Of a stretch of 64,000 nt of DNA, positions 45,050 through 62,016 are shown piece by piece (position 1 is the first letter of the stretch; each line of letters opens with the position of its first letter). Source of the stretch: the human T2T-CHM13v2.0 reference genome, Homo sapiens; the NCBI RefSeq assembly GCF_009914755.1, contig NC_060925.1. One strand, given 5' to 3'. A model generated the notes under the pieces. That model had not been told where the DNA came from, ran no database searches, and was given only the letters and a program-made list of their open reading frames with translations. Made by a program: the position numbers and the translations under genes.

Positions 45050-45483
45050 AAGATATAAGTTTGGCTGATGTAATAGACCCCAAGTAATAATGGCATACAC
45101 AAGATAGAGGTTGATTTCTCTCTGATGTCATAGTCTAGGTGTTAGCCATCCAGGGCTGTCAGGCTTCTTATTCCATCCCGAGAGTGTTATCCTTTTCTGT
45201 ATGACCCAAGATGGCTCACTGCCACCATGTTCTCATTCCAGCCAGCAGGAAAAGGCAACAGGACGAGGGGCAGGTATGGCCTTATTTTTTAAAGGTGCAC
45301 TCTGGAAGTGGCACACACAGCTCTTCAACTCATATCTGACTGGCCAGAACTTAGTCACATGGTTATGCTGAACTGCAAGGGAGGCTGGGAAGTGTAGTTA
45401 TTGTTCTGGGTGACTATAAAGTAGAATTTCTCTAAATATAGAAGAAGGGGAAATATTGGGGGACAATCAGCAGCATCTGCCAT
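45050..45483 (-). mobile_element. MLT1J-like MaLR LTR
   Basis: tggccagaacttagtcacatgg...gggaggctgggaagtgtag...tctgcca. Confidence 0.7.
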
Positions 45484-48261
45484 GGTGTATGAAAGGACAA
45501 GTGTAGGAAAGACCATGGCCACCCATCCATACAGAGTGCCACAGGTGCACAAAGAAGAGAGATTTCTTCTGATTGGAGGACTGGATAGGGCTTTAGGGAG
45601 GTCAAGTTCAATGGATGGGAGATAAAAAAATTAAAATGCCAGTGCTAGGCATTGATCCTTTAAGCTTAATACAGTTGAGACAATGGAGAAGTTGTAGAAA
45701 GAAGGTGAAAAGATGGGAAAGGAAGCATTTTAGATAGAGCAGTATTAGAAAAGGCTAACAGAAGTGAGAACAAAGGCTGATGGATAACTTATCTGTTTTG
45801 CTGAAGAACAGGAATTATAAATGTGATAGTGAAATAAACCTGGAAAAGATAGGGGCCAGAAGATTAAAGAGGTCTATGAATGCCAGGCGACAGGGTTCGG
45901 GCTTTATTCTGTAAGCATGGGGGACCATTGATAGTTTTTGAGCAAGGAACATAATTATGGCTGTGCTTTCGAAGGGTAACTATGGCAACGATGCATATGA
46001 TCAATTGGAGCAGAGAGACTGGAAGGAGGAGGACCTGTTAAGAAAGGAGTCCAGTGGTGAGGTTAATGTGGGCTGAAACTGAGGTCATACCCTTGGAAAT
46101 AGACAAGATGGGGCCAAGTGTGAGGACAAGAATCAATGGAATTCAAAGAAGCTGGGACAGAGAAAGTGCTCTTGGTTTCCTGGGTCTCTGGAGTGACAAT
46201 AGTACTGTATTTTCATTCAGTTGGTGAACTGTAGCCTTGATTTTGCTGACTCTAGGACTGGTCCCAGAATAGTTCATTCTCTGCCCAGAACATCTCAGCG
46301 GGCACTCATCACCTCCCCCGGAGCTGTAGCAGCTGTTGGGCTAGCAATGCCATGAATTTGTCTTCCTGTACTGCCAGGAGAGCAGCTGCCAGCAGCAACT
46401 CTGAACAGACCCATCTCAGGGACGTGGAAACTATTCAACTTGGGATGCAGCAGGTTGGCCAGGGCTGAATTCAGTCCACATGGATTCATCTCACCCTTTT
46501 CCAGGCCACTTTCTTACCCTGGCTGGGTTTCAGCCACTCATACTGCGTTAGGTTGGGTATTTTCTTACAGTTCTAAGTGATTGCATTTAGGGATGGACGC
46601 TGCTGAACTGCGTTCTTCATCTTTTGGACACCTCCTCCCCTGGAAGCCATTACGCTGTCAGCCTTTGGCTTTGCTTCCTACTCTGCTCTGCTCCTGCTCA
46701 CCTTTTGTCCTCTCCCACATTGCGCTCAGTGCAGACATCCTCATTAAAGCCTGTACAGTTCTGACTCCATGGCAGCCTGACCCTCTGGTTCCATCCCTCT
46801 CCTTCTTTCTCCTTCCCCCAGAGAATGAGAGATGCTGCAGATAGAACTGTAGCGATTATTTGACCCTATGTTATTCTGCTTTGTTTAAGACAGGTAACAT
46901 GGCTTCCCCCATCCCTGTGAATTGTGGGAAGACCCTGCTAATGTCTGAAATTCTGTCAGCCTGGTTTGATCAAGAGCAGTGGTAAAGTATTATGCGAGGG
47001 TAGGAAGCCTTTCTAGGGAAGATGTTCTTGCATTTTCTTTGGCTCCTTGAAGAGCATAAATGTATTCCTATTTGTTGCTGAGCCTTTGATTGTCTCTTTT
47101 AAGTGGAATCTGTGTTAATATGGCCCAGCAGGACTCTAATTGATAATGCATTGGCTGTTTGTTTGTTTTTTTTTTTAAATAGACTTGCTGTAAATTACCT
47201 TTCGGTCATAGCTCACTTGGTTTTGATCTCCTGCTTTTAATAGCTCATTTTTTTAGGTAGCTTTTTTTTTTCTGTTGAGTTTTTAGAGCAATACTTCTAC
47301 ATTTCTGTCCTGCTGTGTTCCTTGCAGAGACCTTCTGCTATTTTATAACCCACTGTCAGTATCTTTTCAGCGTTTCTCCCAGCTTCTTTCTCTCCTCAAC
47401 ACATATTTGTTGACTATTTTAGAGGTTTTGTTCTAAACTCTTAGAGGACAGAGATCCAAAGAAATAAAAGGAGTAGTTCTTTCCCATATGAAATTATAAT
47501 CTAGTCAGGGAGAAATTAAATTCAAATACAAGAATACAAATCTTCAACATAAGGCTATATGTAGTAAGTACTAAGTATATGCTGCAGAAGAGATGAGGCT
47601 CAGTTGATGTAGACAGGAAACTTCAGTAAGGAAATGAGATTTGAACAAAGCTTTAAAGAAAATGGCTCTTGAGAGGGAGGGGAAGATACTCTAGGAAAAA
47701 GGGGCACAGCTAGAAGAAAGAACAAAGCACTTTTGAGGTACAGTGAGTAGACTGGTTTAGCTGGGAGAATAAGTGGATGTGGAAGAAGTGGACAAAGGTA
47801 GATGGGTTTGTATTGTGGAGGGCCTTGACTCTTGATTAGGGATTTGGCTCTATGCAATAGACACTGGAAACCACTGATGGTTTAAATAGGTATGAACTCT
47901 GATTAAGGAAGATTAACCTAGTGGTAGTTTGCTAAATGACAAGAAACATGAGACCAAGGAAACCAGTTGCTGCAGTAGATCATAAGGATCTAAATTAGGT
48001 TGGGATGGTAGGAATGAAAAGAAGGGGAATTTATCCTTCTGTCCATTTAGCAAATATATATCTTCTTACCATGTGCCAGACACATGCCAGATACCCACCC
48101 CTGTACTCCTAGAGCTTACAGTCTAGAGACAGGTGGAAAGCACCTGGTACAGGAAGAATCTACAGGAATTGCTGACTGATGGGATTCAGGTTTCAAGTGA
48201 GCTTGGAAGCCATAAAAGAAAGAGGTCTGTAAAGTGTCTTTTTGACTTGGGTGATTGATAA

Positions 48262-48656
<395 letters not shown>

Positions 48657-49949
48657 TAACAGAAGTTAGGAGAAAGAATTGTTTTTGAAGGAGTAAAATA
48701 TGAGAAATTTGGTTTTGGATTTTAAGTTTAAGGTGTTGGAAGAGTATTGAAGCTGAAATTTCTAGTAGTTGACAAAATGAATGGCTGTATGCAGGGCTAA
48801 AGAGATTTTTTGGCTGTTGGTAGAGATTTGCACACGTGCACAGAGGGGATGGTTGAAACTGTGGAAATATTTGTGATTTCCAATAGTAAGGGTTTAGAAG
48901 AACAAAGGGGAAACTTCCTTTGTATCATCTGTGATACTCAGATTACAGAGTGTATAAAGGAATTTAAATGATATATTTATTTGTGTATCATTGAGTATAC
49001 ATTTTGGGAACCTAATTATGTATCAGGAATTGGGTTTAGTACTGGAGATAGAGAAGAATAAGACAATCTCCTATTTTCACTAATATTAAATTAGCAGAAT
49101 ATCAAGGAGGTAGACATAGAAAGTAAACTTTCTTGTTTGGCTGGTTATCAGTTGTGTCACTATTGGAAGTGATGTGAGGGAGCAGGGCCTAGGTATCTTA
49201 AGAATTTGGTAGACATTCAACCTGCAATACTCCTCTCAGTGGGAGGTTAGTTACACAATTAATTAAAGAAAAATTATTGTAGAGTCTGTGTTCTCGGCTT
49301 CAGGCCCAGTATTTGAATGTGCGCCATCTCTGTAGTTACATCACTACTGCGGATGGGTTCCTCCCCTGGAGTTGAGTTCAAAGTCATTCACCAGTCTCAC
49401 AGGATAGCATTGGGTTGAAAAGCATAGAGTCAGCTGGCCATGGAAAATGTTATAGTTGTGGTTGCAAATCGGAAAAGGGTGGAAGACCAGAAGGTTCCTC
49501 ATTGACTTATGGAGTGACCTTGAGAAGGAAAGTACCAGGAAACATGAAGCTCCCGGGAGGGAGAACCCCTGACTTCCTGGGACCAGTGCGTCACTCACTC
49601 ATTTTGGACATATTTGGGAGCTGTTTGTTCCCTCAGGAAAGATTTTGCCCAGATGTAGCATCTGGTGTTGCAAGGGTTGGCTTCCCTTCTCCATGGCTCA
49701 AGATGCCTTTGTTCAGAAATTAACAGAAGGTTCTTTGGTGTGTTTTGCATGGGCCCAGTTCATGTAGAACCTTAGGTCATTGTTGAGTCCTTTTTGGAGG
49801 AAGAGTTGGGAGGACTTCTCACACATGGGTAAAGCAGAATGGAAGAGACGCAAGAAGGCCATTTGGGAATCAGCAAGACAGGGTGATCCAGTCTTTGGAA
49901 GAGAGAAAGAATTCAGTTAAAAGTTCTTTGGGAAGCTTTGTGACTTTGT

Positions 49950-50475
49950 GTGGGAAAAACCAGAGCTTTGAGCCAGAAAAACTTGGGTCTGAATCTTGTC
50001 TCTTCTACTCCTAGCTTGTGACCTTAAGCAAGTCACTTAACCCCTGTTAGCCTCAATTTCTTACCTGTGAAATGTTGACAGTAATACTTACCTTGAAGGA
50101 TTCTTCTAAGGATATATATAATGTATATACAGCACTAGCTAATGTTTGTGACTTAATGGATGCTCAATAAATGGTAGCTGATATAATTATCAGGAAAAGT
50201 CAATCCTGATAGTTAAGATCAGCCACAGAAGAGTCAGCCCTGATAGTTAAGATCACAAGTTCTGGGAACCAGATTTCCTGGGTTCACAATCCTGGATTTC
50301 TCCCACTTACTTGCTGTGTGATTTTAGATGAAAGGTTTTAATCACCTCAGTATCCTCGTTTGCAAAATGAAGATAATATTCATAACTACCTTATGGAGTT
50401 GTTATGCTGGTTAAGTGAATTAATAATATGTGAAACACTTAGGACAGCTTGGCACATAGTAAATGTAAATAGTAG
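49950..50475 (+). mobile_element. Two tandem MIRs
   Basis: tgtgaccttaagcaagtcacttaacc and ctgggttcacaatcctgg...ggcacatagtaaatg. Confidence 0.7.
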
Positions 50476-52733
50476 CAACTATTATCCCTATCCTTAGGAT
50501 TTGGGCCTGAGCACAGCTGTACTGGGTAAAACACTGGTATATTAGATACACTAGTCATTCCTTGTGCAGAGTTAAGTATTCCTAAGCCTGGCTGGGTAAT
50601 ATGTCAGTTTCCATTTTCTTCAGACCCCTGTGGGCCCTCATGAATGACAAATTCATCCCCTACCCTGATTTTTATGGTATAGCTACATTGGGCAGGACAT
50701 AGGCAATTATGTGACTCTGTGTAATTGCATGGTCAGTCCCTATAAAAACTCAGCAATTGTATGTTTTGTTCTGTAAGGTGTCATATAGTTCAACCTTGGT
50801 GGGTTACTTTTAGATCCAGGCTCATAATCATGAAGAGGAAGACATTTGTCATACAACCACTCTCTGATTTTCTCGTCCTCTTGGAGTTAATAGTTAGCCC
50901 TATTGCCAAATTGCTGAGTTTCTATAAAGATATACTGTTGAGGCCCACAGGTCCCAATTTTGACTTGGGCAAATAAAAGAAGGCCAGTCCTATTCAGCCT
51001 CCTGCAGTATCTACCATCGAGGCCAGCAGGCCAGTGCAGTACAAACCTTAGTCATGAACATAACAGTATGTGGTTTACTGGGTTGTTTGTCTCATGAGGC
51101 CAAACAGAAGCTCCCAAGCTTCTGCATAAATGGCTTTATATCTTCCTTTTAGGGTAGGGAATGATAAGAGGGCAGGTTAGAAGCAAAATATGCTTTTATG
51201 AGCAATTGGGAGGATGTTGGAGACTCCTGAGAGTTTCCTGTGTCTCCTAGGATTTGCCACTGGAATGTCAGCAGGCCATACCTCAGGCGTTCAGCTCCAT
51301 GGAGCAAAGACAGTAGTGATCACGTTCCTTGACAACAGTGCTAGTGTGCGGGGAGCTTTTAGTTTTCCTTTTCTCTGCTCCTGTAAGCCCCATAATAATT
51401 CTGTAGCAGACACAGGAAGCAATGTGTCTAACTACTACTAGGCAATGTGTTCTTGGGATTTTTAATTCTCAGGAATTCGCAGCCAATTAAATGAATTTAC
51501 TTTGATCCAGTTCTCTTTTCAAGGCAAAAGCTGTGTCATCTTATTGGGAGCTGACTGTGTTAAGTGGGAGGGTTTACAAGATAAGAAGAAAAGACAGTCT
51601 CTGCCATACGTGTTTTTATAATTGAAATGGGGGAAATCGGGCAGGCTGAGAGAGAATAATAAGAACACATGTGCACAGGAATTTAAAAATAGCACCCCAT
51701 TTAAAGCAGGTTCCAGTAGTCACCAGGAAAAGAAGAAAGGTGGAGTACTCAGGAGGGACTTGTACTTGGTTCAGTCAGGGAAAGGTAAAAGATAGTATAG
51801 TTATGTTCTCAATTAGATTTGTTCCCTGGTTAATTGAAGTAAAGACTTTAATATCTAATTCCTACACTGCACAGAAGTATCACACGTTGAAAAGAAACAG
51901 TGTGACATGGGAAGGACTCACTGTTAACGAAAGATTTAGAGAGAATGAAAAAAAAAGTAGGATTTGGGTTTTTCAGAGTTGAAATAGGTTCATCTTTTCT
52001 GCTAGCTCCTCCTTTTATACATCTCCACTGTCGTTGCTCCTTGGGTTTTAAATTCAGGGAGAATCAATGAGCACAGTTCTGCGTCTTAATATATTTAGGG
52101 TGCAGCTGTTTAAAGAGCCAGGATTAGAAAATGAATCGAACAAACTAGGATTATCTTCAACAGTAGGATGCTGAGCTGTGTTTGCTGATTCCTGCTTAAG
52201 CAGTCGGGACAGGGCATCCTTGCATGAAATTCAGACATCCCTCCCTGGCAGCCTCTGTGGTAAAGTAGAGGTTGCAGAACAAGTCTGGCAGCTCTCAGCC
52301 CGAACCCTTGTAAACAACAGATGTTCATAACTAAGTTCTAGGGTGGGGGTAGGGGTTATTGTTGATGCTTGAAATTCTTTGAATTTATAGGCAGCATCTC
52401 AGGGATTTAGCAAAAGGAGGAAGTTATACAGAATTGATTTCTGCAGTGTACAGGTAGAAATGATGCCTCATGGATTTCCTTGAAGACAAAGCACAGGCTA
52501 TTGTGTGGACTCTAAAACAGAGCAAGGTGAACCCAGGAAGGCAGGCACAGTTAAGAAAGGGTTGGCTTCTTAGGTGTATTGACTTCCTCCCCTCCTTCTC
52601 CTCTCTCACTCCTTTTTATACATTGACTGGATTTGTCAGTCTTGTTCTTGCTCCTGTTTTCTCCGGTAATGCGTGGAAATGTGTGTCCTTTCTTACCACA
52701 GAGTCCTAGATACATGTGCATACAAATACACAG

Positions 52734-53149
52734 TGTATTAGGCCATTTTTTGCGATGCTGTAAATAAATACCTGAGGCTGGGTAATTTCTAAAGAAAAAA
52801 GGTTTGATTGGCTCATGGTTCTGCAGGCTGTACAGGAGGCATGGTGCTGGTGTCTGCTTCTGGTGAGGCCTCAGGAAGCTTACAATCATGGCAGAAGGCA
52901 CCGGGGAGCCAGCATGTCACATGGTGAGAGTGGGAGTGAGAGTCGGGGGAGGTCCCAGACTTTTGAACAACCAGATCTCTTGTGAACTAAGTGAGCATGA
53001 ACTCACTTATCACCACAGAGATGGTGCTAAACCATTCATGAAGGATCTACCCCCATGACCCAGTCACTTCCCACCAGGCCCCACCTCCAACATTTGGAAT
53101 CACATTTCAACATGAGATTTGGGGGGGGACAGACATCCAAACCATATCA
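52734..53149 (-). mobile_element. MSTA-like MaLR solo LTR
   Basis: tgtattaggcca...catccaaaccatatca; 5-bp TSD CACAG/CATAG. Confidence 0.88.
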
Positions 53150-53336
53150 CATAGGAGGAAAAACACACAGGAAGAGCACACAGGTGCACTTCCCTTAGTG
53201 CCCTCTGAAGGACGCAACTCAGGTTTTTATGATATACTGATTAATGGGTTATTGTTATGGGCTTTGTCTTGGATTTTAACCTGATACTTTCTCAGTGTTG
53301 GTTTTGCTAGATGTTCATTACTTCATTAAACAGAGG

Positions 53337-53752
<416 letters not shown>

Positions 53753-53986
53753 TTAGGAAACCTTCTACTTTACAGCATAGTTCAGGGAAGCCATAATAGA
53801 AAAAATATAATACATCTTTGGTAGGCTTCCTTGGCACCAAATTGACGAAGACTTTAGAAAGGTTCTTATCGTACATCAGATGAAAAAAAGCGATTTACCA
53901 GATCTGGGAATGTTTTTGAGCCACTCTAGCAAAAAACAACTGGCTTGAAAATCTTTGATAAAATCGCTTATTCTTTTGGAAGCTAA

Positions 53987-54418
<432 letters not shown>

Positions 54419-56478
54419 TAATCTTTCAGCAAACATTTATTGAACATTTATTCTGTGCCAAGAGTTGTACAAGGAATTAAATATACATAGAAGAATAAGC
54501 TACCATTCTAGCCCATGGGAGTTATTACTTAATGTGAAATATTTTAAGTTTGTTTATATACATTTGTATGTGCTCTGATAAGGCGTAGACTTCCAGGTTG
54601 AGGAGACAGAATTGTTGGGTTATGAGTCACCCTGTTAGTCACCTTTATTATATGTGAATCAGTAATAAACACTTGACTTCATTCTCATCGCTAATGACCA
54701 ATAGGTTCTCTGCAGGTTTGGGGTCACAAAGAGGTGTAGGATCCTGTTCTTTCCCTCAGGAAGCTCATGGTGTCATGTGGAAGACAGAGAGTTTATGGGA
54801 AAAAGATAACACAAAATAATATACACTTACTGCCAAAGGAGAGATGGGAGAAATGATTTCATTTTTCTCCAGAATGCAATCTGTAAACAGTTTTAAAATT
54901 TTGCCATAATGTTAGACTTACAGAAAAATTGCAGGAATAGCACAAAGAATTTTTGTATACTACCATTTTATCCAGATTGCCCCAAAATGTTAACATATTA
55001 CTACATTTGCTTTATACTTCACCCTTTTCATACCCAATTCTCACACACATATTTTGTTTTTCTGAAACACTTGAGAGTAAATTGCAGACATGATGACCTT
55101 TTATCCATACATACTTTAGGGTGTATTTACTAAAAATAAGGATGTTCTTTTGCATAATCGTAGTGCAGTCATCGAAATCAGGACATACAGATTGATACAA
55201 TACTATTATCTAATCAATAGACATTCAGATTTTACCAGTTGTTCTAAAAATGGCCTTTTTTGGCAAACGAAAGTCCAAGATTATGCAATTCATTCAATTG
55301 TCTTATCTCTTTACTTTCCTTTAATGTGGGATGATTTCCAAGTCTTTATATTTCAAGACATTGACATTGGCCCCGTTATTTTGTAGAATGTCCCTTAATT
55401 TGATATTTCTGGCAATTTCTGATAATTTCCTTATTATTAGATTCAAGTCACACACTTTTGGCAGGAATACCATAAAATGTAATGTCACGTTCTTCTCAGT
55501 GCATCATATCAGGAAGCACTTGCTGATGATTTGTGCCATAACTGATGATGTTAAATTTGATCATTTGGTTACAGTTGTGTCTGCTAGGTTTCTCCACCAT
55601 GAAGTTGTTCTATAAGCTTTGTAATTAATGTATATATTGTGGAGAGATACTTTGAGACCATGTAAATATCAGCTTACCCTTCAACTCTTATACTCACTAG
55701 TTTTAGCATCCATTATAATTTCTTGCTTGAATCACTTTCTATTATGATGGTTACCAAATAGTCATTTTTCCAGTTTTCATCATTCCTTCTACATTTATCA
55801 GTTGCAATTCTACTGTAAGGAAGAGCTTTTCCATCACCCCCACTTTTTGGTCTGGTTGTTGGTTTATATCAGTGTGGACTTGTGGATTATTATTTTATTC
55901 AACAGGTTATAATCCTTTACCATCTTTATTTTAATGTTCATATTGTTCTATATTTGGCCAATGGAGTCCCTTCAAGCTGGCTTCTGTGTCTTATTGATAT
56001 GTCCCCATCGTTCTTTGAGCACTTCCTTACTTTATGGCACAACAAGATGTTCCAGGCTTAACTTGTACTTTCCTTGCCTTTACTGTGGAGTTGACCATTT
56101 TTTCAGAGAGCCTCGGTTGCTTTTAGTGGGAAATGGTATTTAGAAACCATGGATGCTAAATATGCTCTTTGTAACTGAAGTACCATTATTTATAGTCCCT
56201 TTCAGCAGACAGAGGTAGTAGATATATGTATGTACACATAGACACATACACACACACACCCATGTACTTCTATAAATAGCTATTTCTTTATCTGTCTGTA
56301 TATTTATATATATTAAAGCCTATGAGATCATATCAGTATCTTTCATTCCAATCCAATACCACATGTTTTATTTAATTTTCTCCCCTTTCCTGTTCTCTGA
56401 ACAGTGAGAAACCTGGTTCCTATTATCCATAACACACATTTTCACTTAATTGCTCAGTCCTAGAGTGTACAGAAAGTT

Positions 56479-56851
<373 letters not shown>

Positions 56852-56938
56852 TTAATACTGGTTTAGAGTTCTTTTTGTTATTAGCCTTGAGGGCCAAGAC
56901 ACAATGTTCAAAAGTTAGCTGACTAGTTCTTTCTTTCC

Positions 56939-57369
56939 TATCTTAGTCTGTTTTGTGTCGCCATAACAGAATACCTGAGTCCAGGTAATTTATAAAGAAA
57001 AGAAGCTTATTTGGCTCACGACTGTGGTGGCTTGAGAGTATAAGAATGTGGCATCAGCATCTGCTCAGCTCTTGGTGGGGGCCATGTGCTGCCTGACAAC
57101 ATGGTGGAGAAGCTGAAAGGCTAGGGAATGAGTGAAAAGAAAGCAAACACTAGGAAGAAGCTTGCTTTACAACAACTCACTCTCTCAGGAACTAATCCAG
57201 TCCCACAAGAGTGAGAATTCATTTCCATGAGAATATTAATCTTATTCATGAAGGATTCTTCCCATGACCCAGACAACCCCCAGTGGCCCAGCCTCTCAAT
57301 ACCACTTGCAATTGCAATCAAATTTCAACATGAGTTTTGGAGGGAACAAACCAGATTCAAACCATAGCA
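56939..57369 (-). mobile_element. MSTB-like MaLR solo LTR
   Basis: tcttagtctgttttgtgtcgccataacagaatacctgag...ttcaaaccatagca. Confidence 0.8.
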
Positions 57370-57775
57370 TCCCTCAACCTCCAGACCTTCATTGTAGTTA
57401 TATTATTTGTTTGAAATATAATTTGGTTTATTTATTTGTTTGTATTTAATGTTTTCCTCTCTGGAATGGGGTCTTGACATTTCTCACTGCCAAACCTTTT
57501 CTCTTGACTAAAAAAGATGGAGCAGATTCAGGAGAAGTGAGAGACCCATGTATCCATAGATTAAGTCAGGGCTTTAGCAGAAGTCAGTGATGGGGACATA
57601 GGCCAGACATGCACTGAGAACAAACCAACCATTTTCCCCTACTTCTGGGCCAGCCCTGTCTCTAAGCAAGCCATCTTATGGATTGAGACCCTTGCCAGTT
57701 TCTCCTAAGCCTGCTCCTAGGTTCTCCTTGCCATTCTCCCTGATCACCTCTTTTGCATTTAGCGAACCAAGAATC

Positions 57776-57811
57776 CAGCATCAGCATCAGCATCAGCATC
57801 AGCATCAGCAT
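57776..57811. repeat. (CAGCAT)6 hexanucleotide repeat
   Basis: Six perfect copies. Confidence 0.95.
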
Positions 57812-59521
57812 CTGCTCAGCTGTAGGCCATGATTGTCTGTACTGTTTACCAGCAGCTCATGTAATATGCTTGATGTAAGACCTTAGGATAATGTTGATCT
57901 GGCCTTTCAGACATGAAGCCCCGGGGCACTGCACATTGACACCCAAACTTGCAAACTTTTACGTCCTTTTGTGAGACTGTTTGCTAGTGCCCTGTTCTGA
58001 AATCCTTGAAATTTCTCCTCCTGGACTTTCTTCAGTTACATGCTTTGGCCTCTCTAATAGCTCTTTTGCATCAATTCTGATGACCTGGCCATTTTCTCCT
58101 GTCTGTCTGGGAATGGCTTCCAGAATCCCCTTCCTCTGCCCCATTTAACCCTCTTCCTCCATCTCCCACACACTCATTTTATTTCTCTTTCCTCCAGACA
58201 CATATAACCTGGTCAGTGCTGCTGATTCCAGCTGTTCTGAATCTTGTGTACAGCTTAAGTTCAAAAACAGATGGGCCCAAAGTATCCTAGATGCTGTGCC
58301 AATTTCCACTGCATGAAAACAAATTACTGAAAAGCATCAGGAAATTTTAGAATAGTTTTGGGGTTTGATTCTCTATCTTCTCAATGGTCCTTCCTCCCCA
58401 ACTCTTCCATTTCTCTTCACCGTCCCTGTCCCCCCATTATACCTTGCCACTTTCCATCTCTTCTTCATATTCCTCACTTAGCAAAGGCTGGTTTTTAAAA
58501 CCTTTATTCTCATTTTTACTCTTTCTATGTACTGATAGGTTTAACCATCAGGATGGGACTGTGTTGATAATCAAGCTAGGGCTGTTGGTTGTTTTTCTAG
58601 ACGTTTATACCCTTTTAAAATCTTCCATCTAGGACTAGGGACCTTATGTCCTTATGTCCTTTTCATATAGAGAAGGTAAGGCTGGGGCCTCTGTGTCTGT
58701 GGGTACATTTGTAGGTCAAATAATTCACCAGCTTGCAAATAAAGTAGATATTCTTCTATTGACTTTATCACTGGGGGGTGCACAATTGTGCCAGTGCCAT
58801 TGTCTGCCCTTGTCGGGAGTGAGTAGACACTCCCTGTAGACAGGGAGCGTGTTCCTTGGAAAGCAGTGACATTGGACCCACACCATTGCTTTCAGAATCC
58901 TCATTCTGGGAATATGCCAACTGCTTTCTCCCAGTGTTCTGTAGGACATTGTTTAGCTTTGGCATTCCTAGTCACCCTAAAAATAAGAGGAAAACAATCA
59001 TCGTAGTTGGACCACTTATCTTACAGGTATGTAAGGAAGACACTGGGGTCATTTACAGAGCATGGGGAGAAAGCTGTTGGCATGGTACAGTGGTTATTGG
59101 GTGCCCACTGTGAACAGACATTGTAGGAACTGTCTTCAAGAGAAGCCCTTGAGGGATAGGCTTCTAGAAGTTCAGGTACATGCTGGATTTATCTATGCAA
59201 ATTATAATGTTTCCCCGCTTCCCTCCCTCCCTCCCTCCCTCCTTCTCTTCTTTAGAAGAGAATCCTCAGATTCTCAAAAAGTATCAAGCAGAGTCCTATG
59301 GATGGTAACTGAAAGAAAAAAAGAAAAAAACGATTCTCAAAGGGATCTGGAATACGTAATTATCTCCCATAATTTAAGACCATTACTCTGGAGCAGTGAC
59401 TTTAAAACATTTTGATCATGAATCTCTATATTTTATACTACAAGCTGGAATATACTTATATACACATAAATAGCTGAGAACAATACTTTCACAGAACAAT
59501 ACTTATCTTTGCTTTGTGTGA

Positions 59522-59851
<330 letters not shown>

Positions 59852-59984
59852 TACTTTTTTCTGTTATTCTCTTCTACTGTTGCCTACTTAATTTTTTGAG
59901 AAATGCTAGTTGGTGACCTATAAGTTGATTTTTTTAAACCTCACTAATGGGTTGAATCCCACAGTTTGTAAAACATTGCTTTAA

Positions 59985-60155
59985 GAGCATTGTTTTTTAA
60001 ATTTTTTGGTGTGCATAAAATTACCTGACATGCTGATTTGAAAGGCAGATTCCTGGGCATCAGTCCACCCCTAGTAAGTTGTAATCTCTGGCAGACGAGC
60101 ATAAGAATCCACATTTTAAACAAGCATTCCAGGTGATTCTGATGCAAGGTGGTTT
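59985..60155. mobile_element. MER5-like hAT MITE
   Basis: gcagattcctgggc...cattttaaacaagcattccaggtgattctgatgca. Confidence 0.7.
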
Positions 60156-61087
60156 GGGGTCTTGAAGCCTCACACTTACAGAAACTGCTCTCTTTTGCAT
60201 TTATGAACCTGGCTGTTGAAGGCTTCAGATCACATGCTTGGGGATGGTAGATACTAGTGGGGATCATCTGACTCCAGACTGGGAATCTTCTCGTTACAGG
60301 ATGACCCCAATCACTTAGGTTTACTTCTGGATCTTGATAATTCCTTGATAGTCCTCTTTTACTGATGTCTCTTATGGCCCTTAAGAAGGCAGAGAAGGGG
60401 TTAACTGAGGCCACAGAATAGAGAGAGTGAAGGAACTGAAGGGTCATTTTACAGAGTGACTGGGGTGTGGCCCAGTCCTCCAGTAGGTGCCCAGAGCCAG
60501 TCCAAAATTAGAATGGGGTGGGATTCAAAACTGCTTTTCCTATTCACTTGCCTTTCATGTGTAACCACATGCAGTGTGTCAACATGCTTTCAGGCGCCGT
60601 TAGGCAGCAGCAGTTTTGCTCCCTCTGGGTTCATGGACCCTTGGTATTCTTGTTATGTGTTGTCTTAGAATAGCTCTGCGCTCTGGGGCTCTGAGCATTG
60701 TCCATTAACTCTTTCAGCACCAGCCCTTTGAGATGCTAAGGGCTTTTGAATGAAATGTAATAACCACCACAATGAAATAAGAAAACGGTTACTAGTCAGG
60801 AGACCTGGATTCTTGCCCTGCTCCACCACTGTCTGTGTGACCTCAGGCTCCCTGAGCCTCAGTTTCCTCACTCAGAAAATGACAGGCTTGGTCTAGACTC
60901 TAGACCATCTTGAAAGTCCCTTCTAGCTCTGAAATTCCATGATTCTATTTTTGTACACTCTGGCCTTTTCTCTTTGCACATGATTCTTTCGTTTAAAGTC
61001 TCAGCTGCATTAGGCACAGAAGATTCACTGAGTTTGGGAATTTCCAGAGAATCAGATGATAAATTAATAGCAACAAAATGTATTCCT

Positions 61088-61246
61088 GGCCAGGTGAGGT
61101 GGCTCATACTTGTGAGCCTGGCACTTTGGGAGGCTGAGGCGGGAGGATTGCTTGAGCCCAGGAGTTTGAGGCTACAGTGAACCATGGTCATGCCCCTGTA
61201 CTCCAACCTGGGCAACAGAGCAAGACCCCATCTCTGCAAAAAAAAA
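61088..61246 (+). mobile_element. FRAM/FAM-like Alu monomer
   Basis: Single ~160-nt arm with right-arm insert and A tail. Confidence 0.8.
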
Positions 61247-61251
61247 GTATG

Positions 61252-61587
<336 letters not shown>

Positions 61588-62016
61588 TTATGAAACAAGT
61601 TTATTATAAAAGGAATTTTGAGATGTATTTGTCTTTTCAGACATGATTCTAGTCACTTTGTTTTGTGGGTATGAATTCATTGTGTGGGCTGTTGAGTAAT
61701 GATAGTTGTCATAATTATAAGAAAAGATGTTGATACTGATATATAGTTGTAGAACACTTTCATGTTTATAAAGTTTGTTTAAGGGCATCACCTTGTTTGA
61801 TTGGATCTTCACAAAAGTCATGTGTGTTAGGCAGGGCAGGTCTGCTGTCCCTGCTTATCCCATTTATTTATTTATTTTTTATTTATTTATTTTTTTAAAA
61901 GATAAACAGTTATTCATTTTTGTTTAAGACATCAGGAGTACTAATAAAGAACCAACTGGTAAACTGCTGATAATTCCATATAATATATCTAGCACTACAA
62001 CTACACTGAATCATTC

